From: Escherichia phage HMD-9
Length of the DNA stretch: 64,000 bases
Reading direction: 5' to 3' (one strand)
Sequence record: PV287714.1
The first letter of the stretch is position 1. Every line of letters starts with the position of its first letter. Positions 20,223-32,877 of this stretch are shown here, one piece after another. The notes beneath the pieces are model-generated. The model did not search any database. It was not told the origin of the DNA and saw nothing but the letters and a program-made list of their open reading frames with translations. The position numbers were made by a program, and so were the translations under genes.

Positions 20223-20409
20223 AATAATCTAATGGTAAGAGAGTACGATATATTTCAAACTTTGGCCCTTTTTCATAGGCATCAAATGTTTCTGAAAATT
20301 TATTATAAGCATATGCATCTACAAATTCGAGAATGATTTGTGATACAGAAGTAGAAACATCTCCACCTTCTTTTTGAGCAACGACAATTGTTTCTAAGTA
20401 AGCTTTCAT
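20221..20409 (-). CDS. hypothetical protein
   Basis: 62 aa ORF overlapping gene 30 stop. Confidence 0.7.
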   Translation of the reverse strand: MKAYLETIVVAQKEGGDVSTSVSQIILEFVDAYAYNKFSETFDAYEKGPKFEIYRTLLPLDY

Positions 20410-21869
20410 AGACCAGTTACCTCATGAAAATCACCAAATACATCCTCGAATGTATTAGCTTTAGTTTTATCTTCACGTAAACGAATCGCAATCGGAAGAA
20501 ATAATTTAACGTAATCAGTGCGGCCATCAGATTTTAACCAACCATTGCATTCGCACTCTAGAATTTTTCCAATATAATAATTTTGGTTTTCCATAATGCG
20601 AGTACGGTCAAGTTCATGCGATTTTACACCGGCTTTATCTTTTAAGCCTGAACCAGCATTTACTTTAATTTTTCCACACTCTGACTCAAGAATAAATCCA
20701 CCTGCTTTAGTAGGGTCTTTACGGTGAGGATAAATTCCTACAATTTTTAAATCAACATCAATTACTTCTTTAAATTTATAGAGATTTTTTGAACGAGCAT
20801 TTTCCCATAATCCATCGATATTTTTGAGAATAATACCTTCAAGACCTTGGTCAATATACTTTTTATAAATTACCTTAGCTTCATCTAGGTTATTTACTAC
20901 CTGGTTTTCAATTAAAATTACTTTATCATAGCCTGATGTCATTTGTTCTAGTTTAGAAAAACGTACATCATATTTCAAACGAAATGCAGGAAGACCGTAT
21001 ATTTCTACCAACGGGACATAATCCCAGACCTGAAACTTCATGCATTGAGCTTCTTTTTCAGAAATGGTTCCCTTTAAAGATTTATTGGCGATGCCATTAG
21101 ATGCAGTACGTGATTCAGCTACTTCTGTGAAGTCTTTAACTTTGCTGTTTCCAGGATGAGCATCAAAAAGAAAATCTAGGCCTTCTGGCTCCTTTTTAAC
21201 TTGCTCGTGGTATACCAATTCGCCATCAATTAACACACCTTCTGGATGAATCTGGCGGGCTTCAGCAGTCATTTTGATTAACTCTTCCTTAAGAAGATCT
21301 AATCCTAGATATTCATTACCAGCTCGTGATAAAAGACGAACATCATCTAATTCATCACCTCGGACTTCAGCAAAACACCGAGCTCCATCTGCTTTTAACT
21401 GTGCAAAGGCTGGAAACTTAATATTCTTATTAATGCCTTTTTCATCATAAGAACTTGCCAGCATTTGAGGTTGTTCAGGAATTAAACCTGGCCAAACTTT
21501 GTTTGCAATAGATACTGAAGCACCGCATTCAAGGTCTCGCATCATAACTCGACGCAAAACTTCAACATCATCCTTTTTACCATCAGTGATATATCCAGTC
21601 AATTCCTCAATTGCAGCATTTCCAGTCAATTTCCGAGTAGCTAATGTGAATTCAATGAAGTCAAGCATATCGGTAAGAGTCAACATTCCAAAACTCTGGG
21701 TAGTAATACCAGGTTTAGGCCATTTCTTGATATAATACTGCAACCCACGAGAATAAGTCAGACGATATACTCGTTTAAGCAATTCATTATCTTTATTCTT
21801 TTCAAGAATTGCTTGCTTCTGCTTAGTTGAACCAATAGATGCTATTTCGTTCAGAATTTTAAGAATCAT
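20406..21869 (-). CDS. 30: ATP-dependent DNA ligase gp30
   Basis: 487 aa; adenylation motif KADGAR. Confidence 0.96.
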   Translation of the reverse strand: MILKILNEIASIGSTKQKQAILEKNKDNELLKRVYRLTYSRGLQYYIKKWPKPGITTQSFGMLTLTDMLDFIEFTLATRKLTGNAAIEELTGYITDGKKDDVEVLRRVMMRDLECGASVSIANKVWPGLIPEQPQMLASSYDEKGINKNIKFPAFAQLKADGARCFAEVRGDELDDVRLLSRAGNEYLGLDLLKEELIKMTAEARQIHPEGVLIDGELVYHEQVKKEPEGLDFLFDAHPGNSKVKDFTEVAESRTASNGIANKSLKGTISEKEAQCMKFQVWDYVPLVEIYGLPAFRLKYDVRFSKLEQMTSGYDKVILIENQVVNNLDEAKVIYKKYIDQGLEGIILKNIDGLWENARSKNLYKFKEVIDVDLKIVGIYPHRKDPTKAGGFILESECGKIKVNAGSGLKDKAGVKSHELDRTRIMENQNYYIGKILECECNGWLKSDGRTDYVKLFLPIAIRLREDKTKANTFEDVFGDFHEVTGL

Positions 21870-22135
21870 TATTCATCCTTCAGAGTTTGGTTTACAGCTC
21901 TATTATAAATCAATTCATCATTAAGCTCAGTCAAAGACTTATGATATGTGGTTCTAACTTTATTTCCTTGCATCCAGTGCTTGATATAAATGAAACCTTG
22001 CTCTACACATTTTTTAAAAATTCGTTCGTCTTTTTGAGCTCGGAACTCTGGATTGCATCTAAAAAATTGATTTACGTGACCGTAATCACGTGTAGTATTA
22101 CCTTCATTTTCATAAATAGTGTGAACAACAAACAT
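21869..22135 (-). CDS. hypothetical protein (30.1 position)
   Basis: 88 aa ORF. Confidence 0.75.
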   Translation of the reverse strand: MFVVHTIYENEGNTTRDYGHVNQFFRCNPEFRAQKDERIFKKCVEQGFIYIKHWMQGNKVRTTYHKSLTELNDELIYNRAVNQTLKDE

Positions 22136-22998
22136 TAGAATGCTCCTTGAAAAATATTATCACCACTAGTAAGTCTATTAAAATACCCTGCGTCGCCAGG
22201 CTTAATATAACTCCACGTGTGGAATGGATTCATATGATACGGGTGTGTATAATATGGATTATATGGATGTGTATAATATGGATGATATGGATTTAATCCA
22301 GGCGTTCTCCAAGTAGTGTTCCAAGGAAAAGAATCGTTTTTAACCATCTTCTCAATTACATCTTTTATAGCTTTTTCACTATCAAAACTTTCTTTATTTT
22401 CCTTTGGTGAAAAAAGCTTATTCTCTACATCGTTCCATGTATAAACTCGCTGTGCAGTTTTTGGAATACTGTCACGCTCTCCTCGAGCCATCCAATAAAC
22501 TGGAACATTTAATATTTCACTCGCGTGATCGCAGTGGTGAGCGAGATCATCAATATAACAAATTACGTTATATTTCTCTTTTGCCTTTTTGAACAACTCT
22601 TCTTTTGAAGAATCATGACCACACATCAGTACTTCTGAAAAGGCACCAGGAAAAAGAGCATTCAAATTAAATTGACGATTCAGCAGAGCGTCAATAGAAT
22701 CACCCAGTGCTGTAACAGCTACAAAATTATAATCTTCTTTTAATTTGTTAATTACACACAGAGCATCTTTATATGGAGACAAATAACGAATAAAATCTGA
22801 TCGATTATATTTTTCAATTAACTTGACACCAAGTTCTTCATCACAATTAAAGAGTTTACCCGGAGAAATAAATTTCTCATCTTGGATCATTTTTAAAATA
22901 TGTTCTAACGGAAGATTATATTTCTGAGCAAAATAAGGAAGGCCTGATTGCCAGCTTAAACATACTCCATCAATATCAGTCAAAATAGTTGGCTTCAT
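22135..22998 (-). CDS. HAD-like hydrolase with C-terminal His/Pro/Tyr repeat (30.2 position)
   Basis: N-terminal ILTDIDGV (HAD motif I); C-terminal HPYYTHPY repeats. Confidence 0.8.
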   Translation of the reverse strand: MKPTILTDIDGVCLSWQSGLPYFAQKYNLPLEHILKMIQDEKFISPGKLFNCDEELGVKLIEKYNRSDFIRYLSPYKDALCVINKLKEDYNFVAVTALGDSIDALLNRQFNLNALFPGAFSEVLMCGHDSSKEELFKKAKEKYNVICYIDDLAHHCDHASEILNVPVYWMARGERDSIPKTAQRVYTWNDVENKLFSPKENKESFDSEKAIKDVIEKMVKNDSFPWNTTWRTPGLNPYHPYYTHPYNPYYTHPYHMNPFHTWSYIKPGDAGYFNRLTSGDNIFQGAF

Positions 22999-23459
22999 AG
23001 AGAGTCTCTTAATAGGTTTAACACATCAATAAATTCAGCTTCGGTTAGTATTGTATCATCTTTTGTTAGACCACTAGCCATGCTGTGCTTCAAAACTTTT
23101 CCTTTCGAGGCTTGTAATGCATCACGAAAGCCCCTGTTTTGGATCGCTGCTTCAAAATATGCATTTGTATATAATTCTTTCCACGCCGGGGAGTATCTTG
23201 AAAACGGAACTCCAAGCCAAAAGAGGGTCCCACGGTCCTGAGCTCTAGCATAAGATCGTCCAGCTTGTCGGGCGGCAAGCCCGGATAACCCAAATATGCG
23301 TCTTTGCTGTTCAACATTTTTCACCTTACACCCTTGGAGGAATCCTTCGAGACCTCCAAATTGAATACCATCCATAACGAAAGGCCATTGGGCGAAATTA
23401 CTTAATGCACATGATGGCCATTTAAAATTGCTTCTTATCTCTAGCTCAGACATTTTCAA
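22995..23459 (-). CDS. hypothetical protein (30.3 position)
   Basis: 154 aa ORF. Confidence 0.75.
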   Translation of the reverse strand: MKMSELEIRSNFKWPSCALSNFAQWPFVMDGIQFGGLEGFLQGCKVKNVEQQRRIFGLSGLAARQAGRSYARAQDRGTLFWLGVPFSRYSPAWKELYTNAYFEAAIQNRGFRDALQASKGKVLKHSMASGLTKDDTILTEAEFIDVLNLLRDSL

Positions 23460-23652
23460 TACTTATAATTTCAACATCAGCCCAATGACCATAGCAAGGA
23501 AGACGAAATTCAACTGGCCAGTTAGGGTCCTTTTCTAATATAATAGACTGAACTTGTGGCTCTTCATGTTCATCGGTATACGGACCTTTATACGTTACTT
23601 TATATGTGACCTTAATGTACTGAATTCCAAAAATCTTATTAATTATATTCAT
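23446..23652 (-). CDS. hypothetical protein
   Basis: 68 aa ORF in operon. Confidence 0.65.
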   Translation of the reverse strand: MNIINKIFGIQYIKVTYKVTYKGPYTDEHEEPQVQSIILEKDPNWPVEFRLPCYGHWADVEIISIENV

Positions 23653-23846
23653 ATTAATTCCTTTAATCCATAGATAGGAGATAATTCATCACCCATACGA
23701 AGGTCTTCATTTCCATCTACCCAGGAAACAATATAAGCCTCTTTTATTTGAATACCACTCCATTTAAATGGAGGTAGAACCTTAGAAATTAATCCAGGTA
23801 TACCAACTCCCTTTAATTCAACAGTTTGACCCGAAAAGAATTTCAT
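23649..23846 (-). CDS. hypothetical protein
   Basis: 65 aa ORF, 4-nt overlap coupling. Confidence 0.65.
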   Translation of the reverse strand: MKFFSGQTVELKGVGIPGLISKVLPPFKWSGIQIKEAYIVSWVDGNEDLRMGDELSPIYGLKELI

Positions 23847-24133
23847 TAGAACCTCATCTGAAAACCATGCGATTTAACATTACCGCCGCCAATATCAGAA
23901 ATGTTAATTTCGCGCGCAATTGAAGGGTCAATGTCAATTTCACGATTGAGTTTAGTGATAGCTAAAGTATCACGTCCATTTACAGTACGGAACTCTAAAG
24001 GGCAGACTACATTAACGTAGTTTTTAATCGATTCACTGGTAGGTTGCAAATGAGCAGGAAGGTCTTTAGGTGCCTTAGAGAAAACCACTTCACAGAAATT
24101 TTTGCGGGTATCAAAATAAGTAGTCATAAACAT
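23846..24133 (-). CDS. hypothetical protein
   Basis: 95 aa ORF. Confidence 0.7.
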   Translation of the reverse strand: MFMTTYFDTRKNFCEVVFSKAPKDLPAHLQPTSESIKNYVNVVCPLEFRTVNGRDTLAITKLNREIDIDPSIAREINISDIGGGNVKSHGFQMRF

Positions 24134-24174
24134 AGTATTTTCCTCAGTAAGGGGCCGAAGCCCCTCATTTTATT

Positions 24175-24540
24175 TTAAATATCAAATTCGTTAAGAACTA
24201 CATCAAAGATCGCTTCAAGATGCTCAGGTTTAGCTCTGTTACTCAGAATATGACGAATCCAAGTTTTAACCAGAAGCTTACGATTGACGCCATTCCAGCA
24301 AGGATGAGTACCTAAATCGCGTTGACGAAAATCATCATCTAATGCGATTTTAAAAGAAGAACCTTCTTTCGTGATTGAAACCGTGATGCCATTTTCAAAT
24401 CGCATATAAACGTAGTTAGGAGTCATATACTGTTCAATTTCGCATATTGATCCATTTTGGTGTTTCCAAAGGCAGATAGTATCAATAGAACCTGCAATAC
24501 CGTTAGAAACATATTTACGTTCAAAGTTGATGTAGTTCAT
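24175..24540 (-). CDS. hypothetical protein
   Basis: 121 aa ORF; early-promoter-like sequence upstream (24570-24603). Confidence 0.7.
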   Translation of the reverse strand: MNYINFERKYVSNGIAGSIDTICLWKHQNGSICEIEQYMTPNYVYMRFENGITVSITKEGSSFKIALDDDFRQRDLGTHPCWNGVNRKLLVKTWIRHILSNRAKPEHLEAIFDVVLNEFDI

Positions 24541-24608
24541 TTTTATTCTCCGAGATGTTTAATTGCGGTACAGGTATATAATATCATATCCTGTACCAAA
24601 GTAAACAA

Positions 24609-24941
24609 TTATTTTACTACTTTCCAGTGCTGCATGTCAAGTTTACCAACTTTTTTCATCTTCTCAATTAAGCGTTCGGCACGTTGGCGAGCTGTAACAT
24701 AATACCATTCACCCAATTCATTTTGTTCAATTTTTCCAACGATTACTGTATTCAATTCATAAATCCAACCAGTAAAGAAATTATGAACTTGGATTGTAAA
24801 GGTGAAATCTGTTCCCATACCTTCTGTTGTTTCTACTTCAATAATATCACCTTCAACTGCCATTAAGAACCACATAGTTTCATCATATTTACCATTGAAG
24901 CATTTAGTTTTAACTGTGGCGTTCAGATTAATCGTTTTCAT
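24609..24941 (-). CDS. hypothetical protein
   Basis: 110 aa ORF; early-promoter-like sequence upstream (24965-25000). Confidence 0.7.
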   Translation of the reverse strand: MKTINLNATVKTKCFNGKYDETMWFLMAVEGDIIEVETTEGMGTDFTFTIQVHNFFTGWIYELNTVIVGKIEQNELGEWYYVTARQRAERLIEKMKKVGKLDMQHWKVVK

Positions 24942-25028
24942 TTTATTCTCCTTTGTTTGTGTAAGATAATACTATCACAAAGGAACTATACTGTAAACAA
25001 CTTTATGCAATCTTTGGAAAATAAAAAA

Positions 25029-25046
25029 GGACTCCCGAAGGAGTCC
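25029..25046 (-). terminator. rho-independent terminator
   Basis: GGACTCC-CGAA-GGAGTCC then TTTTTTAT on minus strand. Confidence 0.5.
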
Positions 25047-25051
25047 TCAAC

Positions 25052-25228
25052 TTATGCTTTCTGCTTACCAAAACGAGAAGCATCATCTCGAAGAACCGCA
25101 CGTGCTCGGCGCATGATCTTCTCAACAGTTTGATTGATACGAGAGTTCGACCCACGCTTGTAACCAGCGCGTTTAGAATCACCAACTTTCTTTTCAACTG
25201 CTTTCTTTGCTTTAGCTTGTTTTGCCAT
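25052..25228 (-). CDS. small highly basic protein (58 aa)
   Basis: MAKQAKAKKAVEKK...; ATG at 25228 preferred over track start. Confidence 0.6.
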   Translation of the reverse strand: MAKQAKAKKAVEKKVGDSKRAGYKRGSNSRINQTVEKIMRRARAVLRDDASRFGKQKA

Positions 25229-25422
25229 TATAAATTCTCTTTTAAATGAAAATGCAGGACTTATTGGCATTGCCTGCGCAGGCCCTCAAGGGGAACATAG
25301 GTTTTGAGTATTTACCGACAGGATAACCATAAACCTCGTCAACATTCAAGAGGTACACCGTAAAACAAAGTTCGACGGCTCCTCGATTTTAGCTCACACT
25401 AAGGCAGTGACTCTCCAATAAA

Positions 25423-25671
25423 TTACTTCAGTGTTACCACAAAGTGACGAACTGCTTTTCGTGCGGCAGAAGCCAGAGGCTTAGCATACTTAAGTTCATC
25501 TTTTTCCTGGAGCTCAGCGGCTAATGCAGTTTGAGCAGGATTCAGATGTTTGAAATAACGCAGGATTTCAAGAGCTTCGGCTTCAACATCAATAGATGCG
25601 CCATAGTTTTCGTGACCATTATTCCATGCGTTTCGTTGCAGTTCAAGAGCGTGTTGTAATTGTTTAATCAT
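25423..25671 (-). CDS. rIII: lysis inhibition accessory protein RIII
   Basis: 82 aa, position between 30-cluster and 31. Confidence 0.8.
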   Translation of the reverse strand: MIKQLQHALELQRNAWNNGHENYGASIDVEAEALEILRYFKHLNPAQTALAAELQEKDELKYAKPLASAARKAVRHFVVTLK

Positions 25672-25818
25672 TTAAAAATTCTCGTTAGAGATTAAAACTC
25701 GGTAGTCACGTTCTTCTGAATTTCATCTTCTTTCGACAGATCTCTCAGTTGTAGACTACCACGTAGAATTGTTCGGTTAACTTATTATTCCGACACCCAA
25801 TTCATATTATTATTTATA

Positions 25819-26154
25819 TCACTTATAAAGACACGGAATAGCTTTATAGTGACAAGTAACGAATTTTTGTTTAATTTCTTTTGGCTGCTTAAGACCCAGA
25901 GCTACAAAAGGATGCGGAACGTTTCGAATTTGACCAACTGGAAGAGAAGTCAAATCACCAACTTCGCAGAAACCTTCAGGAACATCAGGACCAACAGAGT
26001 GAACTACACACAGTTCAGGAACTTCACCTTGGACACGTTTACCGATAATAAGTCCTGATTCTGTAACTTCTTCATCGCCGGCTTGTGCAGGTTCAGAAAC
26101 TAAAATAACATATTCACCGACAGCACGAATTGGTAGCTGTTGTACTTCAGACAT
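25819..26154 (-). CDS. 31: co-chaperonin gp31 (GroES analogue)
   Basis: 111 aa, T4 gp31 size and sequence. Confidence 0.92.
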
Positions 26155-26210
26155 CGTTTTTCCTTTTTGTTAACAGATGAATTAATAATAACAAATAATT
26201 CTTAAAGCAT

Positions 26211-26519
26211 TTATTTACCAATAAATTGAAGCAAATGCTCAACTTTCATACCATTAACAGAAATCAATTTGTCAATAGAAAAACCTCGCCATGCACCTAG
26301 TTCAACATCAAATACTGGAATCATATCAGTAGATTCTTTCCGAGTAGATTCAGTCAATTTACCGGTTTGCATGGTTGGCATAAAGTCAGCATCACGAGTG
26401 CCTTTCATAGTACGAATAGTACCATCAGACTTTTCAAAAACCACGTTTGAAATACCCATGGACAATTTAGTTTTCAAAATTTCACGAATTGCTACTTTCT
26501 GTTCAGTTGTCAGTTTCAT
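26211..26519 (-). CDS. hypothetical protein (31.1 position)
   Basis: 102 aa ORF. Confidence 0.75.
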   Translation of the reverse strand: MKLTTEQKVAIREILKTKLSMGISNVVFEKSDGTIRTMKGTRDADFMPTMQTGKLTESTRKESTDMIPVFDVELGAWRGFSIDKLISVNGMKVEHLLQFIGK

Positions 26520-26756
26520 TTATTTACCTATCACAGTTTTAATATGAGTTGTTCCACGTTCTTTAAGAGTGGAAAGCAATTTTTGGCATTTTTCTAGATC
26601 AGATTTCCAACTATACGGTTTATCAATACAAACCCAGTTTGACTTATAATACTGCTTCCATTTAGAGAAAAAATACTTCTTATACTCTACAGCAAATGAA
26701 ATATTCTCGTTAGAATAAGAACTAATTGCTGTGAGCTGTACCAAACGAAATTTCAT
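26520..26756 (-). CDS. hypothetical protein (31.2 position)
   Basis: 78 aa ORF. Confidence 0.7.
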   Translation of the reverse strand: MKFRLVQLTAISSYSNENISFAVEYKKYFFSKWKQYYKSNWVCIDKPYSWKSDLEKCQKLLSTLKERGTTHIKTVIGK

Positions 26757-27337
26757 TATTCACCACAGAATTCGTTGATATTTTCCCAATTTAACTTATT
26801 CAAGTTTTTCTTAGGAACATTAAACACTTCAATACCTGCATTTCGCAGAATATCATCCCAGCCAGGTTTATTCTTATCGTATGTTTCGCAATAAACCAGC
26901 TTTTTAATTCCAGATTGAGCTATCGCTTTTGCACAATCTGGGCAAGGAGAAAGTGTTACATACATAGTAGCACCTTCAATTGAAGAACCGTTTCGTGCAG
27001 CAAACAAAATCGCATTTAGTTCAGCATGAATTTCATTTTTAGACGACCATTCAGAGTGAGCGCTACGGTGTTCTTTCGCCAAGACAAAGCGATCAATTGA
27101 ACCAAACGATACACATTCAGGCTTATGACCTTGAATGATAGTATGTTTAGGCTTATTCAGCAACCAGCCTTGTTCAGCAGCATAATCACAGCAATTCACA
27201 CCACCCGCTGGAGAACCGTTATATCCGGTAGAAATAATACGTCCATTCTTTTCAATTACTGCTCCTACCTTCCAGGAGCAACATTTGGATTCTTGTGATA
27301 CTAAATATGCAATTTGAAGTACTGTACTCGCTTTCAT
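26756..27337 (-). CDS. cd: dCMP deaminase
   Basis: 193 aa; zinc motifs HAE...PCPDC. Confidence 0.93.
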   Translation of the reverse strand: MKASTVLQIAYLVSQESKCCSWKVGAVIEKNGRIISTGYNGSPAGGVNCCDYAAEQGWLLNKPKHTIIQGHKPECVSFGSIDRFVLAKEHRSAHSEWSSKNEIHAELNAILFAARNGSSIEGATMYVTLSPCPDCAKAIAQSGIKKLVYCETYDKNKPGWDDILRNAGIEVFNVPKKNLNKLNWENINEFCGE

Positions 27338-27672
27338 TTCATAATCACCAGATAAGCAGATTTAGCAGTTTCAACACGATAAATTTCGTGACGAAGTTTA
27401 GTTATACTTTTAATAACAGAACTAATTATATTCTGCCCATCTTTAAAGCGGTTTTTCTTATCAATAAAAATTGCACCAGCCATCTTTTTGTGAAGCTCAA
27501 CTGGATACTTCGTCACAATAATAGCATCATACACAGAAGGATGAATACTATTCACTAGAGTATCATTCATTAAAGTTATTCTAATGAACTGTGCTGTTTC
27601 AGAATCAAGCGCTCTATGATCGCCAGTATCATTTTCAAGACAATTATCAATTATATCAGTTAAATTCATCAT
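27334..27672 (-). CDS. hypothetical protein (cd.1 position)
   Basis: 112 aa ORF. Confidence 0.7.
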   Translation of the reverse strand: MMNLTDIIDNCLENDTGDHRALDSETAQFIRITLMNDTLVNSIHPSVYDAIIVTKYPVELHKKMAGAIFIDKKNRFKDGQNIISSVIKSITKLRHEIYRVETAKSAYLVIMK

Positions 27673-27905
27673 AGTACGCCATACACCCTTTGTGCTTCAA
27701 CTAATCCATCAAAATCCAGTTTGAGATGTGTTATTTGGTCACCATCACCTGGATTCACAGTTACTAATACTGAACGAGGAGTTTCGGTAATAACACGAAC
27801 CGATGTTTCTGGAAATCGTTCAGAAACCTTATTTACCAATTCTTGAGCAAATAGTTTAACTTTTTCTTGGAATTCTTTAACAGTAATTGGTTTTTCACTT
27901 AGCAT
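27669..27905 (-). CDS. hypothetical protein (cd.2 position)
   Basis: 78 aa ORF; early-promoter-like sequence upstream (27930-27962). Confidence 0.7.
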   Translation of the reverse strand: MLSEKPITVKEFQEKVKLFAQELVNKVSERFPETSVRVITETPRSVLVTVNPGDGDQITHLKLDFDGLVEAQRVYGVL

Positions 27906-27967
27906 TTCAATTTCCTCATTTGTTTTGGTAAAGCTATAATATCACAACTCTACCGTAAAGTAAACTG

Positions 27968-28243
27968 TTAAATTGCCTTGAATTCTGATGTCTGTGATTC
28001 AAAGCGAATATCGCCTTTGATGACTAGCTCAGCATCAAGACCAAATACGACAATGATATGCGCAGAACCTGGATACAGCGTAATGGCAATAGAATCCACC
28101 TGGTCTGGAAGCAAAGTGTTCAATACATGAGTCACTTGAGCATGAATTCGAAGCTCAGCTGCATTATCAAGCTTTTCAAACATGTTATTAGCGATAATTT
28201 GGCTAAACACTACTTCTACGATTTTAGAGTAAGTCGGAAACAT
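27968..28243 (-). CDS. hypothetical protein (cd.3 position)
   Basis: 91 aa ORF. Confidence 0.7.
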   Translation of the reverse strand: MFPTYSKIVEVVFSQIIANNMFEKLDNAAELRIHAQVTHVLNTLLPDQVDSIAITLYPGSAHIIVVFGLDAELVIKGDIRFESQTSEFKAI

Positions 28244-28245
28244 AT

Positions 28246-28446
28246 TTACCTCACATAATTTTCTTCAAGCCAATCAATAACATCCAAAGCGTTATCAAAA
28301 ATTGAACCATCTACTTTGTCTTCTGTTTCATAATCAAGAACATCTAAGCCTACTCTTCCATCAACAATAGGCCATAAACAAAATAGATATTTCTTTTCTT
28401 TTTCAATTTTATCACAAAGACGATAAATCTTTTCTATATTATTCAT
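28246..28446 (-). CDS. hypothetical protein (cd.4 position)
   Basis: 66 aa ORF. Confidence 0.65.
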   Translation of the reverse strand: MNNIEKIYRLCDKIEKEKKYLFCLWPIVDGRVGLDVLDYETEDKVDGSIFDNALDVIDWLEENYVR

Positions 28447-28635
28447 AAGTTTTCCATGGTAAAGGTAGTTTAGTTTTCTTTACTGTTAGTTCAATATCAG
28501 GATTCTTTTCTCTTAATTTAAGGCATTCCTCCCAAGCTCTTATTTCACTAGTGAATACACAAAATTGCCCATTACTAGTACCAACTAAACCGCTATTTAC
28601 AATAACAATAGACCAAGTTTCATGATGCCAAGCCA

Positions 28636-28636
<1 letters not shown>
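28439..28636 (-). CDS. hypothetical protein (cd.5 position)
   Basis: 65 aa ORF. Confidence 0.65.
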
Positions 28637-29854
<1,218 letters not shown>

Positions 29855-29858
<4 letters not shown>

Positions 29859-30085
29859 TTATTTTCCTCAACCAGTGATTGAATATAATCATGCAGGTCT
29901 TTAGATGCTTTGCCCCACTTATTTTGATATTCATTTTTAAGATTAGCACGTGATTGAGCTAATAAAACATCATTAGTTGGAGGTAAAGATTCTAACCGCT
30001 GAATCTGGCGTCCATAAATCATTGCAGCCATCTCGGATTCATAAATCAATCCTTTGAGATGTTCAAATTGATGCCATGAAATCAT
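29855..30085 (-). CDS. hypothetical protein
   Basis: 76 aa ORF. Confidence 0.7.
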
Positions 30086-30381
30086 TTACATTTATCCTCT
30101 TTTAGCTCTTGACGATAATAACATATCATGGTTTTTTGGTCATGTACATATCGTTTTACATCATTAAGCCAAATACGAAATTCCTGGGAATCTTCGAATG
30201 GCATACCGACCCAAGCTTTACCATCAATAACTTTAACTTGCCAGGATAGTTTAGCTTCATCATATGACTTTATCTGCACAGGCCAATTAGGATGAACTGT
30301 TTCTTTCTTTACTTCTAGAGGCTTTGTCGAACAACCAACTAGAAGACCAATAGATAATATTACTGCTGATAGTTTAATCAT
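30082..30381 (-). CDS. o-spanin (outer-membrane lipoprotein), T4 PseT.2-like
   Basis: Signal peptide with lipobox LLVGC; 99 aa; adjacent to i-spanin. Confidence 0.8.
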   Translation of the reverse strand: MIKLSAVILSIGLLVGCSTKPLEVKKETVHPNWPVQIKSYDEAKLSWQVKVIDGKAWVGMPFEDSQEFRIWLNDVKRYVHDQKTMICYYRQELKEDKCK

Positions 30382-30731
30382 TTAGAAAGTTCCTGGATGT
30401 CTTCTGCGAACTTGTTGAAGGAGTTGTTGATTTGTTTTTCAACCAATCCTGGCTTATGAGCCACCACATCCGCCTTCTTTGCGTCTTTGCGCAGTTTTTC
30501 ATTTTCACGCTCAATAGCAGCAATTGCCTCACGATTTTTATTATTCATCGCATCAATATAATTATACTGAATTCGCAAATTATCTAATGCTAAAGCGTTT
30601 TCATTGGCCGTTTTTGTAATTTCAGTAACCGATGTTTCTAATCTTTCTACCTTATTTTTTAAAATAATAGATGTTCCGCCAAATGCTATTACAAGTAATA
30701 GCAATCCAGCTGTAAAATTACTTACATGCAT
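30378..30731 (-). CDS. i-spanin (N-terminal TMD, periplasmic coiled coil), T4 PseT.3-like
   Basis: N-terminal TM helix GLLLLVIAFGGTSIIL then charged helical region; 117 aa. Confidence 0.8.
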   Translation of the reverse strand: MHVSNFTAGLLLLVIAFGGTSIILKNKVERLETSVTEITKTANENALALDNLRIQYNYIDAMNNKNREAIAAIERENEKLRKDAKKADVVAHKPGLVEKQINNSFNKFAEDIQELSK

Positions 30732-31228
30732 AAAGTTTTAATAACCTCTATAATATCGTCTTGAGAAAGACCGTTAATTAAAATATGATGTTCAGCCGGA
30801 GATTTAGAAATTTTAAAGCATGCCTCAACATCTTCTGCCATATCCGATGCGCTACGATTTGGATTACTAATTCCAAGACGATGTTTTCCCGTTAAAGGAT
30901 TAACGATGATATAGCATTTACAATTGTTAATATGAACATTAGGTTGAGTCTGATTAATGAACACATCACAATCATATTTCGCAAGCTGATTTTCTAAAAA
31001 GACTTTCATCTCCTCAACCGCATCAGGAAGCATATCACGGGCTTGCTCAAGACGACGATTTCGATATTCTTTAATGGTCGTTTTCCGCTTGACTTGCTTA
31101 GCTAAATCTTTCTTAAGATCGGTGATATATCCAACTCGACGATTTCCTTTAAATACAGAAATCCCATCTGTAGTATCACCGTATGCTTCAACGACCATTT
31201 CAGTAGTAATAAGCTGTAAATCCATCAT
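30722..31228 (-). CDS. alc: Alc, inhibitor of host transcription
   Basis: 167-168 aa, position upstream of spanins and downstream of rnlA. Confidence 0.82.
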   Translation of the reverse strand: MMDLQLITTEMVVEAYGDTTDGISVFKGNRRVGYITDLKKDLAKQVKRKTTIKEYRNRRLEQARDMLPDAVEEMKVFLENQLAKYDCDVFINQTQPNVHINNCKCYIIVNPLTGKHRLGISNPNRSASDMAEDVEACFKISKSPAEHHILINGLSQDDIIEVIKTLCM

Positions 31229-31231
31229 AAA

Positions 31232-31289
31232 GTCCTCATGTTATGTCAGTAAGACTACTGTAACACAACACGAGGGACTTGTAAACAGC

Positions 31290-31290
<1 letters not shown>
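31232..31290 (-). promoter_or_regulatory. early-type promoter plus leader inverted repeat (copy 2 of repeated cassette)
   Basis: Near-identical to 17706-17760; GTTTACA..TACAGTAGT; inverted repeat overlaps SD of alc. Confidence 0.45.
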
Positions 31291-32877
<1,587 letters not shown>

